Origin: Nitrososphaeraceae archaeon
Lineage (GTDB): Archaea > Thermoproteota > Nitrososphaeria > Nitrososphaerales > Nitrososphaeraceae
Length of the DNA stretch: 64,000 nucleotides
Reading direction: 5' to 3'
Assembly: GCA_035297365.1 (NCBI GenBank)
Contig: DATGZA010000011.1
Location: 87,609 to 151,608 of the forward strand
Positions 10,558-22,240 of this stretch are shown here, one piece after another. The position numbers and the translations under genes were made by a program. The notes beneath the pieces are model-generated. The model had not been told where the DNA came from. It saw only the letters and a program-made list of their open reading frames with translations, and made no database searches. Each line of letters begins with the position of its first letter. The stretch's first letter is position 1.

Positions 10558-11610
10558 TTATAATTTTTGTGGAGTAGTAACTAATTTTCCAAATAATTGT
10601 GATTCCATCATTTTTATGTGACCCATTACCATATCTTCAAAAGGATAAACTGTATCTATTATTACTTTTATTTTTCCTTTGCTTATCCATTTAATAACTT
10701 CATCTAGTTCCGCACGACTTCCTTGGGTAGATCCAAGAATATTTAGGCCTCTAAAGAAGAGATATCTCAAATCTATTTCTGAATCATATCCTGTTGTTGC
10801 TCCTGTAGATACTAAAGTTCCACCCATATTTAAGAGGCTAACTTCTTTTGGAAATACAGATTTACCTATATGTTCAAAAATAATATCTACGCCTCCTTGA
10901 TTATTTGTTAAATTTCTAACTTTCTTGTACCAATCAGGTTCTCTATGGTTGACAACATGATCAGCACCTAATTCAAGACATTTATCCATTTTTTCCTGTG
11001 AACCAGCCGTTGCAATAACATCACAATTGAATAACTTTGCAATCTGAATACCTGCTATTCCCATACCACTTCCACCTCCCATAATCAAAACAGTTTGCCC
11101 TGGCTGAATATTAGTTCTAGTAACTAACATGTGCCAAGAAGTTACCCCCACCATAGAAATAGCTGCTGCATCTTCAAACGAAACATTATCAGGAACTTTT
11201 ATAACATTAACTTCTGGTAAATATGTATATTGCGCAAATCCCCCCCATAACGGACCTGTTTGAAAACCCCATACTTGTCTATGACGACAATCATATTCTT
11301 TTCCAGAAGTACATTCCTTACATATTCTACAGGTTAAAGTAGAATGTCCCACTATTCTATCTCCTATTTTAATATCTAAAACATTTTCTGCCACATCTAC
11401 TACTGTACCTGAAACATCACTTCCAGAAATGTGAGGAAGAGGAATTTTGATTGGTTCTCCCCATATTCCCCAAAGATCATCATAATTATAAGAAGCTGCT
11501 TCAACTTTTATAAGAACTTGGTTATGTTTAATTTTAGGAACTTCTATCTCTTCTATTTTTACAACTTTTCTTGGATCTTTGTTATGTTCATGATATACAG
11601 CTGCCTTCAT
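10558..11610 (-). CDS. zinc-binding dehydrogenase / quinone oxidoreductase (MDR family)
   Basis: PHISGSDVSG, CRICKECTSGKEYDC, GGGSGMG. Confidence 0.9.
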   Translation of the reverse strand: MKAAVYHEHNKDPRKVVKIEEIEVPKIKHNQVLIKVEAASYNYDDLWGIWGEPIKIPLPHISGSDVSGTVVDVAENVLDIKIGDRIVGHSTLTCRICKECTSGKEYDCRHRQVWGFQTGPLWGGFAQYTYLPEVNVIKVPDNVSFEDAAAISMVGVTSWHMLVTRTNIQPGQTVLIMGGGSGMGIAGIQIAKLFNCDVIATAGSQEKMDKCLELGADHVVNHREPDWYKKVRNLTNNQGGVDIIFEHIGKSVFPKEVSLLNMGGTLVSTGATTGYDSEIDLRYLFFRGLNILGSTQGSRAELDEVIKWISKGKIKVIIDTVYPFEDMVMGHIKMMESQLFGKLVTTPQKL

Positions 11611-11873
11611 TTCACTAAAAAGTATACTATAGGAAATTTAAAGAATAGGTTTACAAAGTATTAAAAAATAATTATTACAAGAGAAAAAAAACAATCTGCA
11701 ACGATAAATCTAAAGTAATTTAAAGCAAGAAGGAGATTGTAAAAAATCTTCCTGTTTGTAAATTAAGAGAGTTAAGTGGATATCATATCCTCGGTTATTA
11801 GTATTATATTAAAAAAATATATTTTGCATTTGAACTGAATTTAGTTATATATCAAAAACTTACAGCTGCAGAG

Positions 11874-11912
11874 AGACGATAATCAATTGATTTTGACACA
11901 ATTTTGTAGTTC
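11874..11912 (+). repeat. att-like site, RA arm (core degenerate)
   Basis: TCAATTGATTTTGACACAATTTTGTAGTTC. Confidence 0.75.
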
Positions 11913-12101
11913 ACAAAAAAGAAATGTTGTAAATTGATTAGTAATATTTGAATGCAAATTAACTAAAAATAAAGAGGCAGAACCTTACTAACTAGATGCA
12001 AAATTTCTTATACTGATCGCCCATGTAAGATGTGTTATAACCTTACTCTAAGTTTTGGTTATTGACTTGAAGATAGAAACAAAATAGAATTATACTGGAT
12101 A

Positions 12102-13028
12102 ATGTATGGCAATTTAATGGAAAGATTTTTTTGGACCCAAAAGGAGGACATCGGTGCTTCACCTAGAACGGATCATTCAATGTGCTATGACTCTGATAAA
12201 GAGAAAGTAGTGCTTTTTGGGGGTGTGGCTGCCGGTACTAATCGTCTAGGTGACACTTGGATATGGAATGGCAATGAATGGACTCAAGTATCTGATACCG
12301 GACCATCACCAAGATCCGGTTCGGATATGGTTTATGACTCTTTTAGAAAAAAGTCTGTTTTATTCGGCGGCTATGCCGGAGGTTTGCCAACTGACCACTT
12401 TAATGATACTTGGGAATGGGATGGCCATGAATGGACTCAAGTAGCTGATACCGGACCATCAGCACGTCGAAATCATGCTATGGCATATGATTCCACGAGG
12501 CAAAGAGTAGTATTATTTGGCGGAGCACCCTTTAATGGTCCGTTTTTTAATGATACTTGGGAATGGGATGGCAATGAATGGACTCAAGTAGCTGATACCG
12601 GACCATCAGGACGCCATGCACACACTATGACGTATGATGAGTCTGCACAGATCGTGTTATTATTTAGTGGATCAACATTAATCGGGAGCTCAGTGGGAGA
12701 GACATGGGGATGGGATGGCAATGAGTGGACACACTTGCAGCATCTAGGCCCTGGCCGTTTAGTCGGATCACCTATGGTATACACAGTTCACGGTACAATT
12801 CTTTTTGGAGGAAAAACTGTAAATGACGAAGTAAATGATAATACTTGGCTGTGGGACGGTCCATTTTGGACTCATACTCAAGATATAGGTCCTAGCGCTA
12901 GATACGGTCATGCCCTCGCTTATGATAGCAGAAGAGATAGAGTAGTACTATTTGGTGGAGGAGTAGTTGCTGCTGGAATGCCACCTCTTGGTGATACATG
13001 GGAACTCAAAATAGAACCAATCTCATAA
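12102..13028 (+). CDS. kelch-repeat beta-propeller protein
   Basis: Six repeats of GPSxRxxHxMxYD...VLFGG...DTWEWDGxEW. Confidence 0.9.
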   Translation: MYGNLMERFFWTQKEDIGASPRTDHSMCYDSDKEKVVLFGGVAAGTNRLGDTWIWNGNEWTQVSDTGPSPRSGSDMVYDSFRKKSVLFGGYAGGLPTDHFNDTWEWDGHEWTQVADTGPSARRNHAMAYDSTRQRVVLFGGAPFNGPFFNDTWEWDGNEWTQVADTGPSGRHAHTMTYDESAQIVLLFSGSTLIGSSVGETWGWDGNEWTHLQHLGPGRLVGSPMVYTVHGTILFGGKTVNDEVNDNTWLWDGPFWTHTQDIGPSARYGHALAYDSRRDRVVLFGGGVVAAGMPPLGDTWELKIEPIS

Positions 13029-13260
13029 ATATACATTATTTTTTTGTTCTACTTGATAATAATTTTATACAAGGATTATGTAAAAAATTTATGTCAAATC
13101 TGTTTCCTTTGACAACAACGTATTTAAAAACAATTTATAGACAAATTTTATTAAATAATCATAAAAGGTAACAAATGAGATTTTAACATTAGATTTTAAC
13201 ATTATTTATAAGGTTAAAATTTTTGACCTTAAAATTACGTTAGTTTAGATTTAAGAATAT

Positions 13261-13306
13261 TGGAGGGGCTTAGAGTATTACATGGATTTTGATCCGGTAA
13301 CATAAT
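13261..13306 (+). repeat. degenerate att-like site core-RB
   Basis: GGAGGGGCTTAGAGTATTACATGGATTTTGATCCGGTAACATAAT; tail shared with 18696. Confidence 0.55.
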
Positions 13307-13735
13307 ACTGGTTATAGCTCATTACCTAAAATGATCTATTTTTTTTATTTAGTATTACATATCGTCCCTTTATTAATTCATTTATATCTTTAAAAATCCA
13401 TCTTATTTATTCTAGAAAATTTTATATATTATTGATATTTGTTAATTTTAAAATGTGAATCAAATTTTTGTTAAATCTATTAGTATCTCCCCCTTATCAT
13501 CATAATACTATTAGTGTCATACATTGTACCTTGCATATTTGCACAAGATGAATCATCAGAGGTAATGTCTTCTATGAAATTTTAGGATTTAGATTGATAT
13601 AAATAGTAACATGTTTATATTTCAGTGAAGCGATTAAACTATTTGCGATAGCGATAGAATTTTGTGATACAAGTTATTTAAGAAAGATATTTAATTCTTG
13701 AATTTGTTTAAATATTGGTACTCTAATGTAGTCAT

Positions 13736-14137
13736 ATGTTAGGAGCAGAAATAGGTCATGAAGAGGGTCAGATTATTGGACGTAGAGTGTTGGAGGAAGT
13801 TCCCAAAATAGAAAATACGTTTAATGCGGAGGGTAGTTTTAGAGGAATAGATATCAACGATCTAGGAACTTATTGGACCACTGTAAGACCAGGAGGAGTA
13901 TTATATGGAGAGGGACAAGGAGTCTTAGTTAGTACAGATGGTCAAATGGCTACATGGACAGCACAGGGATTGGGTCGATATATATCTTCAAGAGTAATAA
14001 GATTTCGCGGTAGTTCATTTTATAGAACAGATTCAACAGGAAGTCTTGCTTTTCTCAACAATATGATGGCAGTTTTTGAATTTGAAATAGATGAACGAGG
14101 TAATACGTCCGCAAGAAATTGGGAATGGGAATTTTGA
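13736..14137 (+). CDS. conserved hypothetical protein
   Basis: 133 aa; GTYWTTVRPGGVLYGEGQG...LAFLNN. Confidence 0.75.
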   Translation: MLGAEIGHEEGQIIGRRVLEEVPKIENTFNAEGSFRGIDINDLGTYWTTVRPGGVLYGEGQGVLVSTDGQMATWTAQGLGRYISSRVIRFRGSSFYRTDSTGSLAFLNNMMAVFEFEIDERGNTSARNWEWEF

Positions 14138-14263
14138 CTAAAAATAACCAATATTGTTATTTTTACTTTTATTCTTTTGTCTCCCTTTTTATCAATTTAA
14201 TTTAGTTTAATTATAGTATCTATAAACACTATAATTATCTTTTCCAAAGAACTTATTTCATTT

Positions 14264-14320
14264 CAAATGGTTGACGGGCTCGCAGGTGTATCAACTGTTT
14301 TTGGCACAATTTTGTAGTTC
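14264..14320 (+). repeat. att-like site L3-core-RA
   Basis: CAAATGGTTGACGGGCTCGCAGGTGTATCAACTGTTTTTGGCACAATTTTGTAGTTC. Confidence 0.85.
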
Positions 14321-14374
14321 CCTTTAGAGATATTTATAAAAGATATTTTCTTACTAACATATAGATAAACAATA

Positions 14375-14686
14375 ATGGCATTATATATAGTGAGAGCAAA
14401 ACCAAAAAATGACCTGTCTGGTCTTAGGAAAGAATTGAATTCTGGAGAAATATCAAGACTTAGGCCATTTGGAAAAACACTACAATATGGGTTAGATAAC
14501 GCAAAATTTGATCCCAAAGATGGATATGCTTTATGGATAGAAACAGATTATTGTACTCCTCCATTAGCCATGGAAAGAGAAAGTGTCCTTGATAGATATT
14601 TTGAGGATATTAAGGTTCAACTTATTGCCTCAGAAAAAGAAGGATGGGATAGAATTGCCAATATTCCTGGACTTTGGACTAAATAG
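14375..14686 (+). CDS. conserved hypothetical protein
   Basis: RPFGKTL...WIETDYCTPPLAMERESVLDRYF. Confidence 0.75.
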   Translation: MALYIVRAKPKNDLSGLRKELNSGEISRLRPFGKTLQYGLDNAKFDPKDGYALWIETDYCTPPLAMERESVLDRYFEDIKVQLIASEKEGWDRIANIPGLWTK

Positions 14687-14722
14687 AAAAATGTATGACT
14701 AAGTGTTGCTTAATTATTTCAT

Positions 14723-16360
14723 ATGGTTGAAAGAAAAGGACAACTACACGAAGAAGAAAATATTCCAGCATCCGGTCTGAGTCCTTTTAGATCTAATCTG
14801 TATAGGACGTTGTGGATTTCTGCCCTCTTTTTATATATTGGTGCAGCTATGTACGATATAGGGGCATCATGGTTAATGACTTCACTTGCCCCAAATCCTT
14901 TATTCGTGTCCCTTATCACAACAGCGACTACTCTACCAATTTTTCTCTTTGCATTACCATCTGGAGCATTATCTGATATTTTTGACCGGCGTAATATACT
15001 CATTATTGCTTGTGCATACATGTTGACAATTTCTATGATACTAGGAATGCTCACTCTTGTTGGTGTGACTACTCCAGTGGTATTACTGATATTTACTTTT
15101 GCGTTAGGAGCAGGCATGACTATGATTAGGACTCCTATTATTCCCATCATGAGTGGACTAGTATCAAGTTCAGAACTACCTGCTGCTCTAACCCTTAGTG
15201 CTGTTGCTGGCAATTTAGGTCGTATCGTTGGCGCCGCAGTTGGTGGTTTTATTGTAGCAATAGTTGCACCCTGGGCTGTATTTTTTCTTAATTCAGCTTC
15301 ATTTATTGGTATGATTATTGTGCTAAGTAGATTACCAAAAAAGTCTGAGGTCAATCAACAAAGCTCCCTACCTCCAGAGAATATAATTCGAGCTATTCGA
15401 GCTCAGATACGATATATACGCTATTCTCAAGCAGCACATGTGTTAATTGTCCGTGCTGGTTTATTCACATTATGTAGTAGTGCATTATTATCTCTCTTGC
15501 CAATCTTAGCTAAACATGACTTGGGACTTGATTCGACAGGTTTTGGACTGCTATTAGGATCTTTTGGTACGGGTGCGATAATTGGTGGAATTGTAATTTT
15601 GCCAAAATTGCGATCTAAGGTTTCAGTAGAATCTCTTATTACAGGTTCCATAGGGTTACTGGCAATGGTAATATTAACAATGGGGTATTTACGAGATTTT
15701 GCCATTCTTTGTGTAATCATGGGGATAGGAGGGATAGCTTACATCACGATATTATCAAAATTTTATACCATTGGAATAAAATCTGCCCCAAAGTGGATTG
15801 GAGCCAGAGTATTGGCAGTTTATCTACTCATACTAAATGGTGGCTTGGCAGTTGGAAGTGTAATATGGGGTACAATGGCTAACACATTTGGCATCCAAAT
15901 TACCCTGTCAGTAGCTTCGCTAGCCTTAGGTGTAAGTATTCTTGCTAAGAAGCGTTATAACACTACTTTGTTGGATGATCTAGATTTTACACCAGCAAGT
16001 GATCACTGGTCACTTCCTGCCGAGCTCTTAATTGATCCCCCACAAAGTGACAATCAAGCCCTAATAACAATTGATTATAAGATTGATCCTAAATTATCTG
16101 ACGAGTTTGAGCAGAATGTTCGTGAGTTAGGACGTATTCTTAAGAGCGAAGGAATGGCCTATTGGGAATTATATCAAGACACAGCAGATATTGGCCACTA
16201 TATAGAAATCAGAATTGCAGACACTTGGACTGAACACATGCGTCAGCATGAACGCGTTACCAAGAACGTTCAGGCCATGGAAGATAAAATCCGCTTACTT
16301 CTCAAAGATGGTCCGAAACCAATAGTTGCTCATTATATAGGTAAATCTGCTCCCAAATAG
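14723..16360 (+). CDS. MFS transporter (MFS_3/DUF894 type with C-terminal soluble domain)
   Basis: LPSGALSDIFDRR; C-terminal WTEHMRQHERVT. Confidence 0.9.
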   Translation: MVERKGQLHEEENIPASGLSPFRSNLYRTLWISALFLYIGAAMYDIGASWLMTSLAPNPLFVSLITTATTLPIFLFALPSGALSDIFDRRNILIIACAYMLTISMILGMLTLVGVTTPVVLLIFTFALGAGMTMIRTPIIPIMSGLVSSSELPAALTLSAVAGNLGRIVGAAVGGFIVAIVAPWAVFFLNSASFIGMIIVLSRLPKKSEVNQQSSLPPENIIRAIRAQIRYIRYSQAAHVLIVRAGLFTLCSSALLSLLPILAKHDLGLDSTGFGLLLGSFGTGAIIGGIVILPKLRSKVSVESLITGSIGLLAMVILTMGYLRDFAILCVIMGIGGIAYITILSKFYTIGIKSAPKWIGARVLAVYLLILNGGLAVGSVIWGTMANTFGIQITLSVASLALGVSILAKKRYNTTLLDDLDFTPASDHWSLPAELLIDPPQSDNQALITIDYKIDPKLSDEFEQNVRELGRILKSEGMAYWELYQDTADIGHYIEIRIADTWTEHMRQHERVTKNVQAMEDKIRLLLKDGPKPIVAHYIGKSAPK

Positions 16361-17279
16361 TTTCTTCAACTCCAATGGTTCTCTTTTTTTATTCTCGAGA
16401 GTCCTGGATTTTTTTTGGATTTGCCACAATTCCATTATTGTTTCTTTCCAATCTCTTCATTCTCATGGATTTCAGGCCAGAACGATACAAGCAATTTATT
16501 ATCTGAATCTAAAAATCTTAGTCATTTTGTATTCAAAGTATTAGGGTAATTTTGGATTTCCAAGATTAATAATATGGTATATAGGAGAACTCAACAAATG
16601 TATATTTATGCTCAAGGATTGTAATCTAATCTTTACCTATTAAGAGACCGAAAGTATCTATTTAATATAAAGATGTTTAAAAGTAAAACAATTAAGGAAA
16701 TGATACCGCTCTAAAAGGAAGCTTAAATGGGATATCACCATTATTATTCTCCTGTTTTCCTAGGACAATTTGATTATAAAACGAGATCTCGCTACTTAGA
16801 AATAGAATACTTAGTAAAATATAAGATATATTATTTTCTTCAAAAACTCATATATTGTGTATATACAATTTCTAAATATATTAATATGAGGTAACATAGT
16901 TTATAGACTAATGTCATAGAGCCATATCTTTAAATTAGTTACATAATACTTAAAATCTTAAATCTGACCTCTCTATTCCCGAGATATAATAATTATTCAT
17001 TCGCAAAACAGAATAAAGAAAATTAATGAGTAATGAATTTTAAATATCTCTTAATGTAAATAATAATCCCTAGATGTATCATCCTTTTATATGATGAAAT
17101 TATTGTTTCTAATTTAGTCTATAAATTATGTGTTAAAATTTCGTAGTACCACAAAAATATCCTTATTCCCTTATTATTTTTGATATTATTTATTATTTGA
17201 TATATCAAATAATTTTAATCGAGGTACATATACATAACACAAAATATATTTAATATAAATGAACTATTTTTTATCAATC

Positions 17280-17368
17280 AATGAATTAAAGGTTAAAAGA
17301 TCAAACATGTTGTTGTGATAATAGGGACTGGGAGAAGACTTAGAGTACGACATGTACTTGGAATTGGT
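17280..17368 (+). repeat. degenerate att-like site L4-RB
   Basis: ATGAATTAAAGGTTAAAA arm (shared with 36185) then GACTTAGAGTACGACATGTACTTGGAATTGG. Confidence 0.65.
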
Positions 17369-17551
17369 TTGTGAAAAGTATTATATATTTATATCAAAGT
17401 AATTCACAGTAATTAAAAATTATTCCCTATATTATAGTAACATAGATATTCTTATAGGAAAATAATATTGTGATTCTGTGAAAGTATTGATTATAAAATA
17501 AGATTTCAAAATAAGTAAATTCATAACTACCTTTGAGCTGTTTTAGAATCT

Positions 17552-18601
17552 ATGATTCATGTTATGGGATATGCAGCTAAGGAAGCCAAAGCGTCTCTAA
17601 CACCTTTTTCTTTTGAAAGACGGGACCTCCGTGATCATGATGTAATGATTGATATTCAGTATTGTGGGATTTGTCATACAGATATTCACCAAGTAAATAA
17701 TGAATGGGGACGATCAATCTACCCTATGGTTCCAGGTCACGAGATAGTTGGAAATGTTTCACATGTAGGTTCACAAGTTACGCGATTCAAGGTTGGTGAT
17801 AAAGTAGGTGTAGGTTGTTTTGTTGATTCTTGCCGCAATTGTCATGCTTGCCGTCAAGGGATCGAACAATATTGTAGTAATGTTCTAACAACTTATAATG
17901 GAATAGAAAAAGATGGCAAAACTCCTACTCAAGGAGGATATTCTAAAAAAATTGTAGTAGATGAAAACTATATCCTTCGTATGCCTGACAACCTTGCTCC
18001 AGAACGTGCAGCTCCCCTTCTTTGCGCTGGTATAACTCTTTATTCACCTCTCATACATTGGAAAGCAGGACCAGGAAAAAAAGTTGCTATAATAGGTCTT
18101 GGTGGCTTGGGACATATAGGTGTAAAAATTGCACATGCACTCGGCGCAGAAATAACTGTGTTAAGCCATTCACTTAAAAAACAAGAAGATGCCAAGAAAA
18201 TGGGAGCTCATAAATTTTATGCTACATCAAATCCAAAAACTTTCGAAAAATTTGAAGGATATTTTGACATTATAGTCAATACAGTTTCAACTGATCTTAA
18301 CTTGAGCCAGTATTTGAATCTGCTTAAACTTGACGGAACAATGGTAATAGTTGGAGCTCCAGAAAAAGATGCTCGAGTAAGCGCACAATCTTTGATAAGT
18401 GCTCGTCGTAATCTCGCTGGTTCTCTAATTGGTGGAATTAATGAAACTCAAGAAATGCTCAATTTTTGTAGTAAACACGATATTGCATGTGACGTTGAAC
18501 TCATTCCAATTCAAAAGGTGAATGAAGCCTATGACCGTATCTTAGATAGCGATGTACGATATCGTTTTGTAATCGATTTAAATTCTCTTGGTAAAATGTA
18601 A
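17552..18601 (+). CDS. NAD(P)-dependent zinc alcohol dehydrogenase (cinnamyl-ADH/YahK-like)
   Basis: [28 protein letters not shown]. Confidence 0.92.
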   Translation: MIHVMGYAAKEAKASLTPFSFERRDLRDHDVMIDIQYCGICHTDIHQVNNEWGRSIYPMVPGHEIVGNVSHVGSQVTRFKVGDKVGVGCFVDSCRNCHACRQGIEQYCSNVLTTYNGIEKDGKTPTQGGYSKKIVVDENYILRMPDNLAPERAAPLLCAGITLYSPLIHWKAGPGKKVAIIGLGGLGHIGVKIAHALGAEITVLSHSLKKQEDAKKMGAHKFYATSNPKTFEKFEGYFDIIVNTVSTDLNLSQYLNLLKLDGTMVIVGAPEKDARVSAQSLISARRNLAGSLIGGINETQEMLNFCSKHDIACDVELIPIQKVNEAYDRILDSDVRYRFVIDLNSLGKM

Positions 18602-18655
18602 CTATGAAGTTGAACTAATAATATCTGGTCAAAAGAATAGCATGTGTATTTTTAT

Positions 18656-18706
18656 CGGGCTCGGAGGACTTCGAATTTCTATTAAATCAGGGTTCGGTAA
18701 CATAAT
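18656..18706 (+). repeat. att-like site core-RB variant
   Basis: CGGGCTCGGAGGACTTCGAATTTCTATTAAATCAGGGTTCGGTAACATAAT; same variant at 36240. Confidence 0.8.
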
Positions 18707-19038
18707 ATTTAGGAGGATTTTCGTTATTTACTTATATTGAGGGATTAGAATCTGGAAGTGAAGATATAGAAAAAATTGAAAAGGCCTTAGAGATAAGCCA
18801 ATATTAATCTAATAATTAGATTAATCTAGTTTTATTGTTATGTTTGATAATTTGAATTACCAAATGGTTGAAAGGAATTCAAATTTATAAATGATATTTT
18901 AATAAAGTTTTAGTTGAATATAGTCAAGTGTTAAGCATTTTCTAGCATTTTCTATTATTTTTATTGTCCAAAATTTATATATTTTAGCAAGTCATAAAAA
19001 TTAAAATAAATAAAAATAAGGTAAAAAATCACTTATTA

Positions 19039-19674
19039 TTATTCTACTTTAATTTCTTTTCCTTTAGGCTTTGTCTGTTTCCTTCTATTAAATACGATTT
19101 CCAGAATTCCGTTATTATATGTAGATTTAACAGTTTCAATGTCTGCTTCTGTTGGTAAATCTATTACCTTATGGTATTTTCTTTGTGGATTATCACTTAT
19201 AATTTCTACCGAATTTTCGTAAGCATTTATCTTTATATTTTCTTTTTTGATACCTGGCATTTCTACTACAATTTTTACTTCCTTATCTGTAGCTGATATA
19301 TCAACTAAAGGTTCTCTTTCTGAAGAAATTGATGGTTGTTTGAAGAATCCTGCCCTGCCTGTAAAAGGAGATTTTACGTTACCAAATTCTCTTATATCTG
19401 GTTTTCCATCAGGTCCTATGGTCATAGAATAGCCATATATTATTGGACCTACTTCTCTAACTTTTCCACCTTCCGGTGTTTCGTATTCTTTAACTAAATC
19501 TTTTGGTACTCTGTTTTCAATATTTTTAAATGGTTCAGAAAACGTTCTTTCTATTTCGTTTCTCATTTCATCAAATTCTCTGAATAAATCGTTAAGGTTC
19601 CAGCTGCCAAAAGGACTTCGTCCACCAAAAAATCTTTTGTCCCAATCTCTTGGAATTATATCTCTATTACTCAT
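19039..19674 (-). CDS. hsp20: archaeal small heat-shock protein Hsp20
   Basis: YGYSMTIGPDGKPDIREFGNV, EREPLVD, YNNGILE. Confidence 0.92.
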   Translation of the reverse strand: MSNRDIIPRDWDKRFFGGRSPFGSWNLNDLFREFDEMRNEIERTFSEPFKNIENRVPKDLVKEYETPEGGKVREVGPIIYGYSMTIGPDGKPDIREFGNVKSPFTGRAGFFKQPSISSEREPLVDISATDKEVKIVVEMPGIKKENIKINAYENSVEIISDNPQRKYHKVIDLPTEADIETVKSTYNNGILEIVFNRRKQTKPKGKEIKVE

Positions 19675-19911
19675 TGTAAGATTTCACCATATGTTGTAAT
19701 ACACATTACATTATATAAACCTTATTACACAATTGAGTTCGTTTAAATGATTTATTATTGCGATGAATATTTTTATTTGATGACCTATATTATGAGAAGT
19801 TATCTCTACTACTTACCTTATTATTTGACACGAGGAATAACGGCTATAGAAAAGGAAATAAATATTCTTAATTATTAACACGTTAATGATTTTATTTTTT
19901 TTTATCAATAA

Positions 19912-20036
19912 TTTCTGATAGTTGGTGCTTGTATGTCTTGATTCCTGATATCTGTAATATTCTTGTATCAAATGCCTGTTGGCATTATTGCAATCTCATT
20001 TATTTTTTTCAGAACAGTTTCAAGTTTTTGGTGCAT
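19912..20036 (-). pseudogene. tyrosine-integrase N-terminal stub (copy A)
   Basis: MHQKLETVLKKINEI/(frameshift)NNANRHLIQEYYRYQESRHTSTNYQK, homologous to stubs at 49971 and 62164; ATG ~60 bp from core at 20097. Confidence 0.55.
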
Positions 20037-20096
20037 TTACAGGTCTCTCCTTCCTGTTTTATTACAATATTCATGTATATGAAACCAGATATAGTA

Positions 20097-20220
20097 CGGG
20101 CTAGTAGGACTTGGAATTTGGCTTGTAATTGGGATCGGCTTTCTGTTATTTTATCTTACATTTTTAATATGAAGAGTTGACTAATCACAAAATATTAATT
20201 CAGTTAATGGTACTCGAACC
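20097..20220 (+). repeat. degenerate att-like site core-RB with extended tail
   Basis: CGGGCTAGTAGGACTTGGAATTTGGCTTGTAATTGGGATCGGCTTTCTGTTATTT...ACTCGAACC. Confidence 0.7.
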
Positions 20221-20405
20221 GTTATTTATCAAATGAGGGTTCAGTATCAAGTATTGATATATTTATTCAAATAATTTTGAATGTACCAGACACAGTGGGG
20301 CTCTTCACAGTTCCAAGATTCTAATTTTCTACAATGCTGTCAATTATCATTATTTTTGCGATATGGGAAGAAACATTATAAAACAAGCCTTTACAGCTTC
20401 TATTT

Positions 20406-21035
20406 TCAATACTCTTTGTATCTGAAGCACTTTATCTCATGATCATTTACCATACCAACTGCCTGCATAAAGGCATAGCAGATGGTTGAGCCGACAAATT
20501 TGAAACCACGTTTAAGCAAGTCTTTGCTCATTATAACCGATTCCTTAGTGTTAATTGGAATATCTTTAATAGTTTTGATCTTGTGATTGATCGGCCTACC
20601 ATCTACAAACTGCCAGATATAGACATCAAAGGAACCGAATTCTTTTTGAATTTTCAAAAATGCATTAGCATTTTTGATTGTAGATTCAATCTTCAACCGA
20701 TTACGGATAATCCCAGAATCAGTAAGAAGTCGATCTATTTGTTCCTTCCCATAACGAGCTATTTTGTACGCATGGAAATCATCAAACGCCCTGCGGTAGT
20801 TATCACGCTTATTCAAAACGGTTTGCCAAGTAAGACCTGCTTGGGCACCCTCAAGAATTAGGAATTCAAAGAGTGTGCGGTCGTCATGTACTGGTACACC
20901 CCATTCCTTGTCATGATACTCAATCATAAGAGGATTTTTACATCCTACCCAACTACACCGTCTTTTGTTGTACATTCCACTTTCATTAGAGAAGGTATAG
21001 TTACTTGTGGATATAGCGTTCGACGATTTGTCCAT
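20406..21035 (-). CDS. tag: DNA-3-methyladenine glycosylase I
   Basis: RCSW...YHDKEWG, LEGAQAGLTW, IIRNRLKI, FMQAVGMVNDH. Confidence 0.95.
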   Translation of the reverse strand: MDKSSNAISTSNYTFSNESGMYNKRRCSWVGCKNPLMIEYHDKEWGVPVHDDRTLFEFLILEGAQAGLTWQTVLNKRDNYRRAFDDFHAYKIARYGKEQIDRLLTDSGIIRNRLKIESTIKNANAFLKIQKEFGSFDVYIWQFVDGRPINHKIKTIKDIPINTKESVIMSKDLLKRGFKFVGSTICYAFMQAVGMVNDHEIKCFRYKEY

Positions 21036-21167
21036 TTGCTTTAAAATAATATATCAATAATATTAAATTTATTATGTAACCTACAAGTATTATGTTAGCA
21101 CTATATTTCTAGGATGTAGTCAACTAGTTTGTTTGGATAATAAATTCATAATTTTGATTATCTTGAA

Positions 21168-21238
21168 GATGTATCAGAGCCTTGATGTTATACGGGCTCA
21201 GAGGATAGTGAACTGATTTTGACACAATTTTGTAGTTC
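21168..21238 (+). repeat. att-like site L1-core-RA
   Basis: GATGTATCAGAGCCTTGATGTTATACGGGCTCAGAGGATAGTGAACTGATTTTGACACAATTTTGTAGTTC. Confidence 0.88.
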
Positions 21239-22104
21239 AAAAATAATATAATAATAAAGTGACCAACTGATTTTCTCAAATAAAATTTTTCTGATAACTT
21301 CAGTGTCCGTAAGCTATAAAATATCTTGTATATTTACAAGTTTTCTAAATAATCTAAACCACAATACCTGAAGCAAAAATTATTTGTAATAAATAAATTT
21401 TCTCAATTATTATAATATAGTTCCACGATTAATATTATTTTTTAACTATACTGATCTGCGTCAAATTCAATTTTTCTTCGACCAATTTATCCTCCAACAA
21501 CAGATCGGGCACTCGAACCTCGAAGCAATAGTTCTACAGTATTATTCATCATTTACAGATTTCACAAATAAAATATCTGCATATTTCAGAACAAAATGAT
21601 TCAACTTGAATATGAGAAATTATTTGTTTGCCGAAATTGATAATTAGAAAAAAGAAGCTAGTTGATATATAAACAAATATCTATTAATTTCATATATCGT
21701 GTAAATATTTTCAATTCAACTATCTGTCAAAATCTTAAATAAAATCTAAACTACTCTCTGATCTATTATAATGTTCATTATATGTATTAATGAAGTGTTA
21801 CGAATGTAAGGTTGTTAGTCATTCTGGCAGGTATACTTTTGTTTTCTCTTATAGGTCTACTATCAGCTACAGCAATAACACAAACAAACAATAATTATAG
21901 TAGAACATCCATATGCACAAGTTGCTAATAACAATGAAAATCTCTCAATTTTATTTTCCTTGGAAGCAAAACCAGTTGGGAACAACCAAAATAATGTCAC
22001 CCAATTAATCAATCAACATAATAACTCTAAAATGAGAGATATAGAATCTGCATTCAACAATACACTAGTTTCTAAGAACCAATTTAAAAATGAAGCCAGC
22101 TTTT

Positions 22105-22153
22105 TATCTTCTAGTGATAATAAAAGATATCTTCTAGTGATAATAAAAGATAT
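22105..22153. repeat. 23-bp tandem duplication
   Basis: TATCTTCTAGTGATAATAAAAGA x2. Confidence 0.8.
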
Positions 22154-22240
22154 TTTGGTCTTCAGTTATTTATTTTTAATTATATAATATTTGGAACATA
22201 AACTAAACTTAGATTAGTTAATTTCTTTGTTGATATTCGG

